Positions 1 through 29,360 of a stretch of DNA of 64,000 nucleotides are shown piece by piece. A program made the position numbers and the translations under genes. Source of the stretch: Amoebidium appalachense (lineage: Eukaryota > Protista > Ichthyosporea); NCBI GenBank assembly GCA_963693365.1, contig CAVNZM010000003.1:10586988-10650987 (forward strand), written 5' to 3'. The first letter of the stretch is position 1, and every line of letters begins with the position of its first letter. Below the pieces are notes generated by a model that saw nothing but the letters and a program-made list of their open reading frames with translations, had not been told where the DNA came from and ran no database searches.

Positions 1-641
1 AATGTGACGTGTGTGTGTTGCGGTATTATGTGGTCTATCAAACTACATTTGGCGATACATGACCGGTTAAACTGGTGTGTGTGTGTGTTGTTTGGGCATG
101 CAAATGATGTCACCTTATACTTATTAGATCTCCACTGTATAGCACGTGTACAGTAAAAGCGTGGTAATTGATCAATAATACCATCAGCTAGAGAAAGACC
201 AGTTCTACAGGAAGGTAATATGTATTTAGGTGTTATACACTTGCGAGTGCCATATTTGGCAATATGGTTGAGGCGGTCAGTATATATAAAACGAGACATA
301 AGGCTTAGTTTTTCAAGGTGTATGCTTTCATCGGGTCTAGTGTCGTGTGGTATCTTTTTCCATTTGTTATATTGCGTGATTATCTTGTGATTGTGTACAT
401 GTTTAATAAGTAAGTGGCAGTCCAAAGTCACACACACACTATTGCGGGGTTTATTTGTATTTGTGCCCAGGGGAGAAGGGGGAGAGAGAGGGGAGGAAAG
501 AGGGGGAGAGGTGAGGAGGGGACAGGTCGGATAGAGAAGAGAGGGTGGGAGGGCAAATACTTCTTTAAGCGGCTTATGTGCTTATTGAATTTCAGCGCGA
601 GATAGGATACTCTAGCAGCTATTGGGACCAGACCATATATC
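1..641 (-). mobile_element. 5'-truncated copy of the non-LTR RT element (C-terminal ORF part; 3' end lies outside the window)
   Basis: Near-identical to about 31727-32365; similarity stops at ...GACCATATATC (641). Translates to YGLVPIAARVSYLALKFNKHISRLKKYLPSHPLF, as in the long copy. Confidence 0.93.
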
Positions 642-1118
642 ACTTGTGACGTCACGTCACCGTGTCGCCATCTCCAGTGCAATGCGCAGCGCTAGCCCCC
701 GTTCAAAACACTCATAATAGGCTCCGTTGTTGTATGTGTACCATGTATGATTTTTATATATGCCTAATCACATAAAATGTTTTGCGCACGATGTATTGAT
801 ACTCGTAGCACGCCGTCACCGTCGCTCTGCCACACTGAGCTTTGGCGAAGCTTGCCCAGGTCCACCAATTTGCTAGTTATAATCATTCCAAACGTGTTGA
901 TTCCGGCAACCAATCAAACGCAGCTCTCACACAAGTCGCGCACCTATATGAACGAAAGCGATCAAGTTCTGGTATCATTCATTTCTGCGCTGCACGCAAA
1001 CATACGGGGCAGCCGCATTTCAGTGTGAGGCCCCCAGCGAACACCTTGTCATAGAGTACTATATCAAAACCAGTGTTCGTTTTTCATATCTTTTGTTCGC
1101 CGGTAACACATTGAAAAA

Positions 1119-2978
1119 ATGTTCAAAGCCGCTACTATCGCCGTGTTGGCCACGTTCAGCGCCGTTAAGGTCGTGGCTGCGGGCAGTGGTGTGGGTCAAG
1201 GCAACGGAAACAATAATGGCTGGTCGAACCGCATCTATAGTGGCACCAACAACAACGCCCAAGCAAACTATGGAAACACCTACTCCACATACAACAATGC
1301 GGGATCCGGATCTGGGAATGGAAACACCCATGGCGGGGGCTACAACAACAACAACGTTGAATACTCCAAGAAAGGGTATGACGAGGTCCCAGAAGACCCC
1401 ACATATACCAAGGCCGATAAGCCCACCGGTACCTGTCAGGTGACCGTCACACAGACACAGGTCGTACCATACACCACCACGCAGACCGCCATCACCACAC
1501 AAGTCCTTCCATACACCACTACACAGACGGCCGTTACCACACAAGTTGTACCGTACACCACCACACAGACTGCCATCACCACACAGACAGCCATTGCAAC
1601 ACAGACTATTCCAGTAACCGTCACACAGACTGCTCTCACAACGCAGACCGTCCCGGTCACCGTTACGCAAACGGCCGTCAAAACTCAGACGGCAGTTACC
1701 ACTCGCACGGCCTTTGCCACACAGATGGTTCCCGTCACCATCACACAGACAGCAATCACCACACAGACCATCCCGGTCACCGTTACGCAGACGACGACGT
1801 TCACCCAGACGGCGATCACCACCAGCACGAACTTTGCCACACGGACTGTTCCCGTCACGGTCACACAGACGGCAACCACCACCCAGACCGCCATCTTCAC
1901 CAAGACTATCCCCTACACGCTCACGCAGACTGCGGTCACTACTCGCACTGCCGTTGATACTCAGACAGTTCCCGTCACCGTCACTCAAACGGCTGTCACC
2001 ACACAGATTATCCCCTTCACCTCTACGCTCACTCAGACGGTGTTCACGACGCAGGTTGTCCCTACCACCCTCACGCAGATCTACCGCACAACGGTCGTTG
2101 ATCGCTCTACCGTTATGGTTCCCCTCACCACCACCTACACCCGCACCGACACTGCTGTTACGACGCAGACGGCCGTGGCCACCACCACCTTGACCGGCTA
2201 CACCACCACCACACAAGTGGTCCCCTCCACCACCGTGTACATTCAGACCGCTGTCACCACTCTCACTGCATTTGCTACCCAGACGGTTCCGGTCACAACC
2301 ACACAGACGGCGATTACCACGCAGACGATCCCCTACACCCTTACACAGACCGCAACAGCAACCCAGACCATCCCTCTCACCATCACGCAAACGGTGGTAA
2401 CAACGAAGGTCATTCCCACCACCACCGTTCTCACGCAAATCGCCGTTACGACCCGCTTTGCCACACAGACGATCCCGGTCACCATCACCCAGACCGCCAT
2501 CACCACACAAGTCGTTCCCACCACCACCGTTCTTACGCATACTGCGGTTACCACTCAGACGGCAGTTACAACCCAGGTTGTCCCTACCACCACCGTTCTC
2601 ACACAGACCGCAATCACCACGCAGACTGCCACCGCCACCGCCACCCAAACCATCCCCTACACTGTTACTCAGACGGCTAACGTGACCAGCACCGCCATCG
2701 CCACCACCACCGTCCCTGTGACCATTACAGAGACCGCTGTCACTACTCAGGTTGCGGTGACCACGCAAACCGCGGTTACAACTCAGGTTGCAGTTACCAC
2801 ACAGACTGTTCCTGTTACGGTTACGCAAACTGCCACTGCCACCCAGACTATCCCCAGCTACACCACCATCCCCGTTTACACCACCGTCACCATCACCACC
2901 TCCACTGGTTACCCCACCGTCGTCCCCCAACCGACCCCATCTCCCTCCCCGACACCGTGCAATGGATACGAGTGCTGA
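1119..2978 (+). CDS. Secreted Thr-rich repeat (mucin/cell-wall/adhesin-like) protein, 619 aa, single exon
   Basis: ATG in AAAAAATG context; hydrophobic signal-peptide-like N-terminus (MFKAATIAVLATFSAVKVVAA); Gly/Asn-rich segment; about 480 aa of TQTA(V/I)TTQT(V/I)P repeats with synonymous third-position variation; Pro-rich end and CNGYEC; no microsatellites inside. Confidence 0.88.
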   Translation: MFKAATIAVLATFSAVKVVAAGSGVGQGNGNNNGWSNRIYSGTNNNAQANYGNTYSTYNNAGSGSGNGNTHGGGYNNNNVEYSKKGYDEVPEDPTYTKADKPTGTCQVTVTQTQVVPYTTTQTAITTQVLPYTTTQTAVTTQVVPYTTTQTAITTQTAIATQTIPVTVTQTALTTQTVPVTVTQTAVKTQTAVTTRTAFATQMVPVTITQTAITTQTIPVTVTQTTTFTQTAITTSTNFATRTVPVTVTQTATTTQTAIFTKTIPYTLTQTAVTTRTAVDTQTVPVTVTQTAVTTQIIPFTSTLTQTVFTTQVVPTTLTQIYRTTVVDRSTVMVPLTTTYTRTDTAVTTQTAVATTTLTGYTTTTQVVPSTTVYIQTAVTTLTAFATQTVPVTTTQTAITTQTIPYTLTQTATATQTIPLTITQTVVTTKVIPTTTVLTQIAVTTRFATQTIPVTITQTAITTQVVPTTTVLTHTAVTTQTAVTTQVVPTTTVLTQTAITTQTATATATQTIPYTVTQTANVTSTAIATTTVPVTITETAVTTQVAVTTQTAVTTQVAVTTQTVPVTVTQTATATQTIPSYTTIPVYTTVTITTSTGYPTVVPQPTPSPSPTPCNGYEC

Positions 2979-3422
2979 GGTTTCTAGACGGGCTTAAATA
3001 GTGTTGTGTTTTGGTTGTACCTAGGTGATTCGAATTCGATTAGTTTAGTTTTGTTCGGTTGATGATGTATGTATGTATTATCCTGGTTTCCATATGTTGA
3101 TTTAGTCACACGGAACACTTTTGGGATGCTCCTCTTCCACCAGTGCTGGACGGAGTGCCGTTCTTTGAATCGATTTGTATTCGATTGATCCGGCAGAGTT
3201 CCAAAGTGCCACCAGTGCTGGGCGATCCAATGTTCTCTTATAAAATGAACATAACTACTGCAAAACACCCAGGGTGTGCGCACTTGGACTGTCTTCCCTG
3301 TTATTCGACCCCCCCCCCCTCCCCCCTCCCTCCCGGGGACTGTGGAGTGTGGATGACTTTCGGGTTCCCCTGAGTAGGGGGTCTGCTTATAATGTGTACT
3401 CCACAACCGAACATGACACACA

Positions 3423-3454
<32 letters not shown>

Positions 3455-3712
3455 GGCCACAGGCATTCGAACTACAACGTGGCGGCAGCTTTCGATTCGA
3501 CAATACAGGCCACGGAAACTTTTGAGCTCAGTGTTTGACAAGGAGCGAGCCCCCCCTCCCCCCCCCCCCCCCCCCCCCCCCCCTCGGGCCCCCCTCCTCC
3601 CCGACCTCACCCCACCCACCCTGCACCCACCCACCACCACCAACACACACACACACAGACCCCCCCACCCACCCACCCCACCCCCCTTCTCCGCCCCCTC
3701 CCCCCCAGGAGG

Positions 3713-3743
<31 letters not shown>

Positions 3744-4196
3744 CCCAGCAAAACGACTAATGGTTCAACGTAGACTAGGTACCCCGTCAGACTACAGACT
3801 TTCGGTAAAATTTCAATCTGAAATGATGTCACCCTGAGAAAATTCCATTTATGGAAGTATCTCAGGTCGACGTCACATGCCATAGTGATTCAGCCGGCTG
3901 CGGCTAAATTTGTTAATAGTCTGACAGAGTACATACCAGTGACAAGTCATCATTGGTAACCGTGGTGGGTGGAAGTACTATGGGGATCCCAGCAGAAACC
4001 TAAACGCATCCCGGCCTACACCGAATATCGACTACTTAACAAATTTCACAGCAAAATCCCCCTTGATTTCCATAAAAACATTGCCGCTATTAGCTATCCC
4101 AAGCCGGACACACGTACCTCGGGGGAAAGCTAACAATGTGTATGCGCGCACACGTGTGCGTGTGTGTGCGTGTGTGTGTGTGTGTTTGTGTGTGTG

Positions 4197-4390
<194 letters not shown>

Positions 4391-5113
4391 GCATGTGTGC
4401 TTGCGTGCGTGCGCGCATGTGTACTTGCGTGCATGCGTGCGTGCATGCGTGCGTGCGTGCGTGCGTGCGTGCGTGTGTGTGTGTGATGGCCCGGCAGCCA
4501 GCCGGGGGAGGGGGTGTTACAAGGGGGGGGGGGGGGGGGGGGGGGGATTAGGGAAAGAGGGGGGAGTGATGGCCGGGGTCGAGGGAGGAAGGGAAGGCGA
4601 GGAGGACGAGGGAGGGATGGTGGGAGGGAGGGAGGGAGGGAGGGAAATAGCAATCAGATCCGACAATGAATGAATGAATGCAACCATAAATGGTAGCAAT
4701 TATGATTATTTATTGATATTAATAATAATAGCAGTGTTGCCATTGCACGCCTCAGCCCAATCCCGCATTTATAAGCACAGGCATGATTTCACTGCGCAAC
4801 ACTATTAGGTATTCTAAACTTCATATTCTAGCCACATTTGATTTTTCTTTTAAACGGATTTTGTTTAGATCAGGCATCAGAGAGGGCTAAGAATGGATAT
4901 ATAGTATGTACAATTGCCAGAGACACAACGAGATAGTCACGTAGATAGCTTCATCGTATATCCAACGAGATATATCGAATACGAAAATTCAAACGCAAGA
5001 CTTCTACAACGTCATGTATGAACTCAGCTACGGTTGCCAACACTCACCAAATTGTTACCCGTGGAAAAAAGCTCAGCATACACAATAAGTGTTACTTTTT
5101 AACCGTTGTCTCT

Positions 5114-5428
5114 TTAACCCCCTCAGGGGGACTCCCCTTAACATACCTCAAACTGATGGAATTCACACAATGCCTCTCGTTTGTTTCCGTCATATCCTCC
5201 CCCAAGTACAGATTTCCCATGTGACTACCACATTTTCCGCAAACAATTTCCGGATATTTCACATCTCCCGGTTCTATTATTAGTGCATTCTCATAGCATT
5301 TGTCGAACGCCGGCCAGCCACAACCACTGTGGAGCAGCTGCCGAGTAAAGGCCGGGTTTCCACACCCACGACAGGCAAAATATCAGGTTTCCGGAAATAA
5401 TTTCTCGTATTCCCCTGCGACGGGTTAA
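5114..5428. mobile_element. Possible piggyBac-like MITE remnant
   Basis: TTAA|CCCCCTCAGGGGGA at 5114 and TCCCCTGCGACGGG|TTAA at 5428: imperfect terminal inverted repeats with CCC/GGG ends and TTAA on both sides. Single copy in the window. Confidence 0.35.
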
Positions 5429-5708
5429 GAAATACGATTAATAATTAGCGCCAGATCCAGTAAGTGTGTCGACGACCGACCTCGTTCATGAGCTGGAGTA
5501 TTGGATGCAAGGGAGATGTTTCTGCAAAGTTCTAAACAAAATGATCAGCAGTATGCACTAGTTTTTATTATTAGAAAACACAGTGTAATATAGGGTGGTC
5601 ACAGTGCAACTTGTGTGTGTGCATGGCTGGGTTCAGGGTGGATAACGGTATTGGTAGTGGTAGTGGTGGTTGATTGGGAGGGGGGGAGGGGGGAGGGGAG
5701 GGGGGAAG

Positions 5709-5747
<39 letters not shown>

Positions 5748-5872
5748 GGGCACACCGGTAATCCCAAAGCCTACTCCATCTAATCCAACCTACTACACGT
5801 CTTTTGCTCACCTTTGAAGCAGGTATATTCTACGTCTACTTCTGACAAACCCTTCTCCCTTTCCCAGAGTTT

Positions 5873-5966
<94 letters not shown>

Positions 5967-7061
5967 CTACAAACACACCACGCCAGACACACACACACCC
6001 GCATCTACACGTGAACCCACAAACAACGACGCACGTACGCACCCACCCATAATAATGCACAACCACACGAGTGCATATCTCCCATGAATAAGCAAACACA
6101 CAAGAGCACATCATAATAACAAACAACAGTCAAAGTTTAGACCCAATGTATGTCATGACCAGATAATGTGGAAGAAGAAAAAACATACGTAACTTACCCG
6201 TGCCTGGATCCTCACTTCCTCCCTCCCTCAGAACATGATATTCCTGTGTGCTCAACTGTGCACGCCACTCCTCTTCATTCTTTTCAACGGGTAGATTAGT
6301 CAGCTTCATTTTTCCGGACTACACAGGGAAACGTTTAAAAAGACTTTTGAGTTAGATCATCAGCGCCAGCAACGATGCTCACGACGCAAGAGGGGTAAGC
6401 GCTTTTGTTAATCCAGTGAAAAAAACGCTACCACCCACACAATATACACCAGTTACAACTCCTTTATCCTCGTATATTATGGATCACATCTCATTCGTAG
6501 TGGGGGTTCAACTAGAAACTTTTTCATGACCCACACGCTGAATTCTCAACTGCTGATGACAAAGAAAGTTGCTCTATAGACAGGTAAACGGTACAGTGTT
6601 AAAATGCGATCGTGCGCTTCCTTTTATAGAGCTAGACTCTTCCGATGCTAACGCATCACCCCTTTCGTGCCAGCTATAGACAGAGCAAGCGTTTCCTGAA
6701 TTCGAAGTTTTTCTTTTCGAAGTTTTCAATTTTTTTTTTATTTTTTTTTATTTTGGTCCTCATCGTAATCGTGCGAATTCTAGCCTTTTATGGTCAAGAT
6801 GGCGGTCAGATAAGAGGAGGGCAAATGTTCTAGCGCATCCGACCGTTTTCCATGTGTTGGCAGTCAGCTAGCTGTACATGTTGAACTGAGCTCGAGTCCA
6901 GGCTTGTTTTTCATTTGGTTTCATATACTGAGCAATTATTCTCCTGGGTTGTGCATGCATAACTAGTGTAAAGGGGTTGGGGGTTGATATAGACACAGTT
7001 TCGCCAGTGTGGCACAGAGAGGTAAACCTTAGCAGAAGGGCTGAATTTGTTAGCAGGCAGG

Positions 7062-16843
<9,782 letters not shown>

Positions 16844-16925
16844 ATTTTGTTTTGATCATTTTTGCTGTCCCCGCCGTAGGAGGTCGTCTCTCTTTCCTTT
16901 CTCTCCCCCTCGTTAATAATGATCT

Positions 16926-16956
<31 letters not shown>

Positions 16957-17496
16957 TCTCTCTCTTTTTCTCCCTCCCTCTCCTTCCCTCCCCTTCTGTC
17001 TCTTTCTCTTTCCCTCCCTCTCCGGGGGGGGGGGGGGGGGGGTTTGATTGCTAGTTGGCTAGCTCGCCATCCTTTTGCAAGTTCACAGTTCTTACTATGT
17101 AGTAGTGTACTGTCGGTGCTGTGTGGTAGACGGTAGTTTCCCTAGAGGGTCTGTAATGGCCCTCCGGGAACAAACCGTGATAAAATTAAAAAAAAAAAAG
17201 TTCTTACAATATAGCATTACAAGTCAAATAATGCTGCACTAAAATGTACAAGCTTGCACAGGCAATATATGTGATCACTTAGTATAGTCTGGTATCAGTA
17301 AACAGCACTACTGATCATAGCAGCGTCAGGCGCCATTCCAGGCGCCTTTACTTCGTCTATAATTTGTAATCGATTCCATATCGAGTATGATGACATTGTG
17401 GGATAATGCGGCATCCTCAATATTGATTTATGTACGTGTGATGCTGTGATCAGGTGCTTCCACCCAGCAAGGTTGTGGTTGTGTGTGTGTGCAGGA

Positions 17497-17530
<34 letters not shown>

Positions 17531-17587
17531 GGTGTGTGTGTGTGTGTGTGTGTGTGTGTCTGCATGATGTGTATGTGTGCATACGTG

Positions 17588-17620
<33 letters not shown>

Positions 17621-19861
17621 GTGTGCGTGTGCGTGTGCGTGTGCGTGCGTGGGTGTTTGTATGTGTGTGTGTGTTTGTGTTTGTTCGTGTGTGTGTGTTG
17701 GTGTGCGTGTATGTGTTTGTGTGTGTGTGTGCACGTGTGTGTGTGTGCGTGCCTGCGTGTGTGTGTGTGTGTGTGTGTACACGTGTGTGTGTGTTTGTGT
17801 GTCTTTCTTTCTTCGTTTTCTTTTTCTCTCTTTCTTTTTTTTTCAATGGAGATAGCACAATCGTATGCATGGCTTGCTTGCAATAATGACTGATTTTTCA
17901 AAAAACAACACATACATGGGTGGCCAAATAATATATTGCCCACGTCACGGCACAGATAGTAATGTACGCGTGGGCAATGTATAGACCGTTATCTTCGTTC
18001 TTCATTTTCAGAACCAGCTATCCATCAGGCCGGGCTGGACAGCACATTCAAGTGCAAATGATTCCAATTCGAACGAATTCGAACTGACTGAACTTCGCAG
18101 TTTGGCCAACACTATTTCGACACTTTCACCGAGAAGTCGGTCCGCATGTCCGGAGAAGATACGTACTGGATGCTCATGTAACATCAAATATTACAGTGAT
18201 TTTACGCAGTGATTATATGCCCTATTGAAGGCCGTGGTTGACCCAGATGCTTTACAGCTATATAGAGTTTGATGTAGGAAATATACAGCCTCCCGGAACC
18301 TGCCAGCACCCTGCGTGTGGAGTACCTACACATGTACAGTCCCACCATATGCATGCACGTGATGATGCGCGGATTCCATGCTCACGATCTCCGAGTACTT
18401 ATTTCAAAGGACCGGGAAACCAATCAAATGATCCTGTAAATAGATGAAATAGATTCAGATCTACGCTCTTGACGTCACCGGTGCGCGTCGGAGTAACAAA
18501 CAAGTATGTACCTAGAAATGTAGACACTCAGAACAGAAAAGAAAACCAAACTTGTTTTTGATAATAAATAGATAATAGGTGTGTATTATATCACAGCCAT
18601 TTGCCGAGACCATACCATGACGTCCCCTTTGTCGAGTTTGCGGTTCGTATCAAATAGTTCTTCTACAATTGTGATAGTAGAAATGCATCCGCAGCCATGC
18701 GTGATCTAAACCAAATCAGAAGGCTCAAATTCTTCAGAGAGGCAGATCACATAGAGGCATAACATAGATCTCCCAATAGGATTTGAACAGGTATCAGAAC
18801 TTAACAGGTGGCATCCAGATCAACTTTTCTCTCTTACCTAATTAGGAGCGTATACATGTTCTGCGATTGGTTTACAAGAAGTAACCATGTGTCTCACAAA
18901 TCTGAACCACGCATCTTACGCGTTCGAACATGCATTGACATCAATACATAATCAGTGATGCAAATGTTGGCCCGATATCATATGCATTATCATATACACA
19001 TCACGCAGAACGCATATGTTGAGTATTGGTTTTTGATAGACACACAAGACCACACATGTACGTAACACACAAAGTGGAACGCAGCAGTTAGTATTCGTTT
19101 GATATACAGCCAACCACCAACAGCCCAAAAAATACAAGTGCACATTTATACATGCATACATACACGTGCACTGTGACGTGCAAAAAGTTGATATTGTTTC
19201 TTTTCTTGGTACACTAGCTAGGTGCATAGCCGCACATGCATGTTAGTGTTCCCGCCCGCATATGCATGAAATAGTGCTGCATGTTTACACATACACGCTT
19301 GCACACAGTACAAACACGTGAAGCCTGATGCCAGCTGCAGCATGCATGTCGTGGAATACTCGTTCACGTAGTGTGACATTTGCAAACTTCTTACACCCAT
19401 AATTTACACATGTATCCTTTCCCTATTTCACTGTAAAAAAAAAAAATAGACCCCCAAATACGAAAAGAATATCCGCCGCTGCTGGGCAAGAATACAAACA
19501 AATTTTACCTGGAAGATGCAATTTAATACTTCCACTCTACTGTAAATAAAGCTAGGTACACCTGGAAATCTGCGTCTTTCAAAATGGCCACGGACCCCTC
19601 TGTGGAAACATGGAGTGGGTTGCTGGATGGAAAGGTCGAATCAGTGGAGTGTGGCGGGTACCCGTGCAACATTTACTACACGGCAAGGGTAGGTACCTGC
19701 CTTTTGCATTGAAGTTCATCAATACTAGTGTGTAGGCACATATCATGTCTAGCAAGGCAATATGTCGCCATCGCCCATAACTCTGAAAATGATGACTGAT
19801 GATGTGCTCACACACCAACGCACATGCGCAGGCACACACACGCGCGCAGAAAGAAACGATT

Positions 19862-19907
<46 letters not shown>

Positions 19908-20850
19908 CATCATTCAAAATCTGCGTACATTACCATGGCACTTCAAATACACACACCCATACAGTTTCACTCACACTCGCACAACGACCTGCAGACGTGT
20001 GCGCCCGCAAACACTGACACACAAGCAGCCACACATTTGCATTCCCCACTCTCGCACCAACACGCACAAGCACACACACAAAGACACACTCCGTGACCAC
20101 GGCTGGCACATAAACACCACGCACTAGCACGCGCGCACACACACACGCACACACACGCACACGCACACGCACACGCACACGAACACACACACGAACACAC
20201 ACACGCACACGCACACGCACACGCACATGCACATGCACACGCACACGCACACGCACACACCGCCAACACCTGGGCAAGCACGCACACTGAGCACACGCAC
20301 ATGTACATGCACACCGTAAACACAAATGTAAAGATTAATTCCAACTTCACTCTTGACGGTGTGTCAGCAGCTGCGTGTTGGCTTATGCATAGCATCCGAT
20401 ATTGTTTACCTTTTTTGCGTTTCTATCCTTGGTCATGATACCGTATGACTACGGATAATAAATACCCGTGTGAGGGCAAGCTATGCTTCTGATTCATACT
20501 CTTTTTCGGTACCGTATGTGCTTTGTACTCTTTTACACATTCTACTCCCCCCTCCCCCCTCCCCCTCCCCCTCTCAGCTCCTATCGTTCTAACCTCCTGA
20601 ACCACCCCAACTCCGCTCACTTACACTCCCTCACCTCACCTCACCCCCCTCCCCCCTCCCCCTTGTGTCCTTAGTGCCATATCCCCAACTCCTTCTCTCG
20701 CCTTTTTTAGCCTACCAGGCCCTATTCCCCCCCCCCCCCCCCCCCCCCTGCCCCCCCTCCTTACCCCCCCCCCCTTCCCTACCCCCCCCCCCCCCAAAAA
20801 AAAAAAAAAAAAAAAACCCCGAAGAAAACCCCCCAAACACTTCAGAGATA

Positions 20851-25445
<4,595 letters not shown>

Positions 25446-26239
25446 GCCATGCAAGGCAAGTAGGACGTTGAAAAACTTTAGCCTGTAGTATACGAAGTAT
25501 ATAGAACTATACTTCGGCTTAATAACAGGATGCATGGAATTTTAACAACTTGAAGGATGTTACAAATCAATTGCGCTAGGCTTGATCATGTAGTTGGGCT
25601 TTCAGAAGCTATCATCGCAGTTGTACAATGAAGTTACCAGCTGGCATAGGTGATAAACCTAAAAAACATGTTTTTAAGGCTCGGTTGAACGGACTTTTGC
25701 GCATATTTAGAAGGGGGTTTATGCATCATAGAATGGGTTTGCACTCAAAAAATCCTGGGAAAGGGCTCCTCTTATCGGTTAAAGAGGTGGTTTACTAGTC
25801 ATATGAACACACCCTTGGAAAGGATTGATAGCACCCTGACTAATATTAAAACCAGTATGCCTTAATAGCTATACTGGTTTTTAAGGTTTATCCGGTGAGG
25901 TTAATGACACTCGCCTACATTCCTTATGATCAAACTTAATGATTGCCAGACAAAACCATTATAGGGCCTAGTAACACACTGGTGACATGTAGACGCCAAT
26001 CAGAAGCGGCTTAAGCCTTAAAGTGTGTTTTAGCAAAATATACCGTTATTTCACTGCAAGTGCTGTGTCTTAAGCAGTGATCACAGTGGGGTAGTGTGGA
26101 GAGTACAGTTCGATTCTTTAGCTGTAGAAAGGAAAATGGCTGTGCCATCCAAAATCCCTCCCCCCCCCCCCCCCCCCCCTCCTCCCTCCCCCCATCCCCT
26201 CCCCCTGGCGCCCCCCCTCCCGCCTCCCCCCTTCCCCCC

Positions 26240-26270
<31 letters not shown>

Positions 26271-26753
26271 CCCTCCCCCCTCCCTCCCCCCCTCCTCTTC
26301 GCCCTCCCCCCCCCCCCCCCCCCCTCCCCCCCCCCCCCCCCCCAAAAAAAAAAAAAAGAAAGGAAAATAAAAACCACAATTAATTGGCGCACACACGGAC
26401 ACCCTTTTTCCCCTCCCCCTCCCTCTTCCCCCTCCACCAACCCTCCCCTGCCCCCCGTCCCCCCCCCAAACGACTACCACCACGCACACTACACAAACCT
26501 ATCCACCGATAATATGCAAAGCCCGGCACTTGACCTGCCAACACATACATTACACCCACACACACACGTATGTTACATACTTCGGAATACGCCGAGGGCC
26601 CAATGGTATATATACCCATGTATGAAAATCATTGATGTAGGCAATAACACTATATTCCTATTATTTCTATTGTTTTATAAAAACTTAATACTCAAAACTC
26701 AGGCTTACATTTAGATTGGCGGCCTCGTTTTGTCTCTGCGAATTACCCCCCTC

Positions 26754-26789
<36 letters not shown>

Positions 26790-27981
26790 CTCCCCCCTCC
26801 CCCTCTCGCCCCCACCATCCCCCCCCCCCCTCCCCCTCCCCTCCGCCCCCCAAACAAAAAACAAAGCCGGCTCCTGGTGGCTCCGGAGGATTGTACACAT
26901 ATGACCAACCCACCGACCCAGGCACCAGGCCTGCATGCACAGAGACCTCAAAATGACACCATAAACGTTTGCAGTGCCCATCTATAGGTACACCTCATCT
27001 GAAAGAACGAGAATAATTTTTTGCAAACGATTTTTTACTAACAAACTATGAAAACGAAGAGCATGGGCATACACAGTGCACAGTTTGTGAGATGATTGCT
27101 TACCAGACAATATCACATGGCCGCAATAGGATCTGGGGGGGAGGGGGGGAGGGGGGGAGAGGGGAGGGTCGGGTCGGAGGGGAGGGGAAGGGGGGGGGGG
27201 GAGGGAAGGTGGGGGGGGGGGGGGAGGGAGGGGGGGAAAGAGGGGGGGGGGGGGGGAGGGAGAGGGGGGGGGGGGGGGGGGTCGACCAGCATCATTGGAT
27301 TGCCCATGCGAGATGTATACAGTATGCCTGGTTCAAGGCTTAGCACACGTCTGTGTTGAAACGAGGGCGAGAACACAAGAACACACGGCTATAGATTCGG
27401 TTGTGAAAGGTAATAAAACTTGCTTTTGGTAGAAGAGGGCAATGATGTGGTATAGTGAAGATGCACAAGGAGAAGTGTGGGGACTGTGTCAGAGATTTGA
27501 TTCTTTGGGGAAAGGGGGAGGGGGTTGGGGGTTGGCGGGGAGGGGGTGGGGGAAGGGGGGGGGGGGGGGGGGGGGGGGGAGAGGAAGAGGGGGGGGGGGG
27601 GGGGGAGAGGAAGAGGGGGGGGGGGGGGGCAGAGGAAGAGGGGGGGGGGGGGGGGGGGTGCATGCAGTGAACATACTCGAGTGTGCATCTGAGTGTTTAA
27701 ACGGTATGCAAATCTTGGTGGTGTGTGCGTTCTGTTCGGATTAATGTGCTTGAGCATGCTCTCTTCCTTTCTGTGTCCCCCCCCCCTTCCCCCCCCCCCC
27801 AACGTCTGTCCCTTTCCCTCTCCCTCTCCCCATGTATTGCCCTCATTCCCTTCCTCCTCCACCTCCTTCCTCTCGTCCCCCCCCCCCCCCCCTCCCACCC
27901 ACCCTCTCTATCTTCTCCCCAACCCCTCTGAGACCCTCTCCCTAGCGCGCAAGCCGTGTGTGGGTGTCAGTGGGTTTTTGA

Positions 27982-28043
<62 letters not shown>

Positions 28044-28051
28044 ATGCGTGT

Positions 28052-28123
<72 letters not shown>

Positions 28124-28949
28124 CCGACGGTGTGTGCCACTGTGTGTGCATGTGTGTGTTTTAGGGTAAGTTGTGCGTGCTTTTATATGACCGCAAGTGT
28201 ATTTGGTCATGGGTGCTTCAAGTTGGTGCGTGTGCTGTGTGCACGCAGGGGAGAGAGGGGGGGGGGGGGGGGGGGGAGAAGAGAGGGGGGGGGGGGGAGT
28301 GTGTGTGTGCACATGTATGTGCTTGTGTGCGCATGTAGTAGTGTGTGTGTGTGTGGCACACAAGGTGAGCAGGTGCACGATCATGTTGGCTGTGCACGTA
28401 CGTGTTCGTGTGTGTGTGCGCACCGGTTCTGATTCATTGTATTTGCATTTTGTGTTGTGCATGTTTATTTTAGCGCTCTCATTGATCAGGAATTTATTTC
28501 TTATGACCCACTGGGCCCATGATACTTGCATGTATGCCGTATGTTTTGTTACTGTATGTGACCCAGATAAATTGCAAAGTTGTCTGTTTGCTCGCCTGAA
28601 CGTTTCTTGTTGCTTGTAGATTTAGCTTCTCGGCCATTCCCTTCTGAGTGCCGCGTTGTACCGTTGTCCCTCCCCTCCCCCTCCCTCCCCCCTCTGAACG
28701 AACTAACCAAGAAGAAAAGAGACAGAGAAGCCCAGCACCTCCCCCCCCCCCCCCCCCCCCCTACATAGACACACACACACACCCCTCCCTACACATACCG
28801 TAACAAATTTTGCTATGAAACAGAATAGGGGTTTCCAGCTCTAAGAAATAGGTATGCATGGCTATGTGTTTGTCATTTCGTGGGGAGACATGTACACTCC
28901 CTCCCTCCCCCCTCCCCCTCCCCCCCCCCCTCCACTCCCCCCTCCCCCC

Positions 28950-28989
<40 letters not shown>

Positions 28990-29360
28990 AACTATACCTT
29001 CCCTGCTATCAGAGTTCCCTCTAGAACAACATAGTATTACCCTTTCGGCAGAAGAACCTAAGGCATTATGTTAAGAGGCTTATTCTGAAAAGCCTGGAAG
29101 TTAGAAATTTCTCCTCTCGATTACAAACACATTAAAGTTTAAATAAACTTCTCTAAACGGCGCCGCAAAATGCAACCCAATACTACAAGGGAATCAATAA
29201 GAGAGCTTAGACCCCAACGTCAATGGTGCACTATTTATGTTTACACCGACGTTATGCCTGAAAGCAACATGAATACCAGACCTGAATATCATGTTGGAAA
29301 CATTGATATCGGCTACTGTACCAGCTGCAATAAAACTTTACATAAATCTGGCGGAGCTAA

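Noticed and set aside
1059-2930. 623-aa minus-strand Gly/Cys/Arg-rich ORF
   Set aside because: Antisense shadow of the Thr-rich repeat gene; only the + frame has a signal peptide and synonymous variation.
25847-25882. Hairpin AAAACCAGTAT...ATACTGGTTTT
   Set aside because: Single AT-rich inverted repeat with no second copy or functional context.
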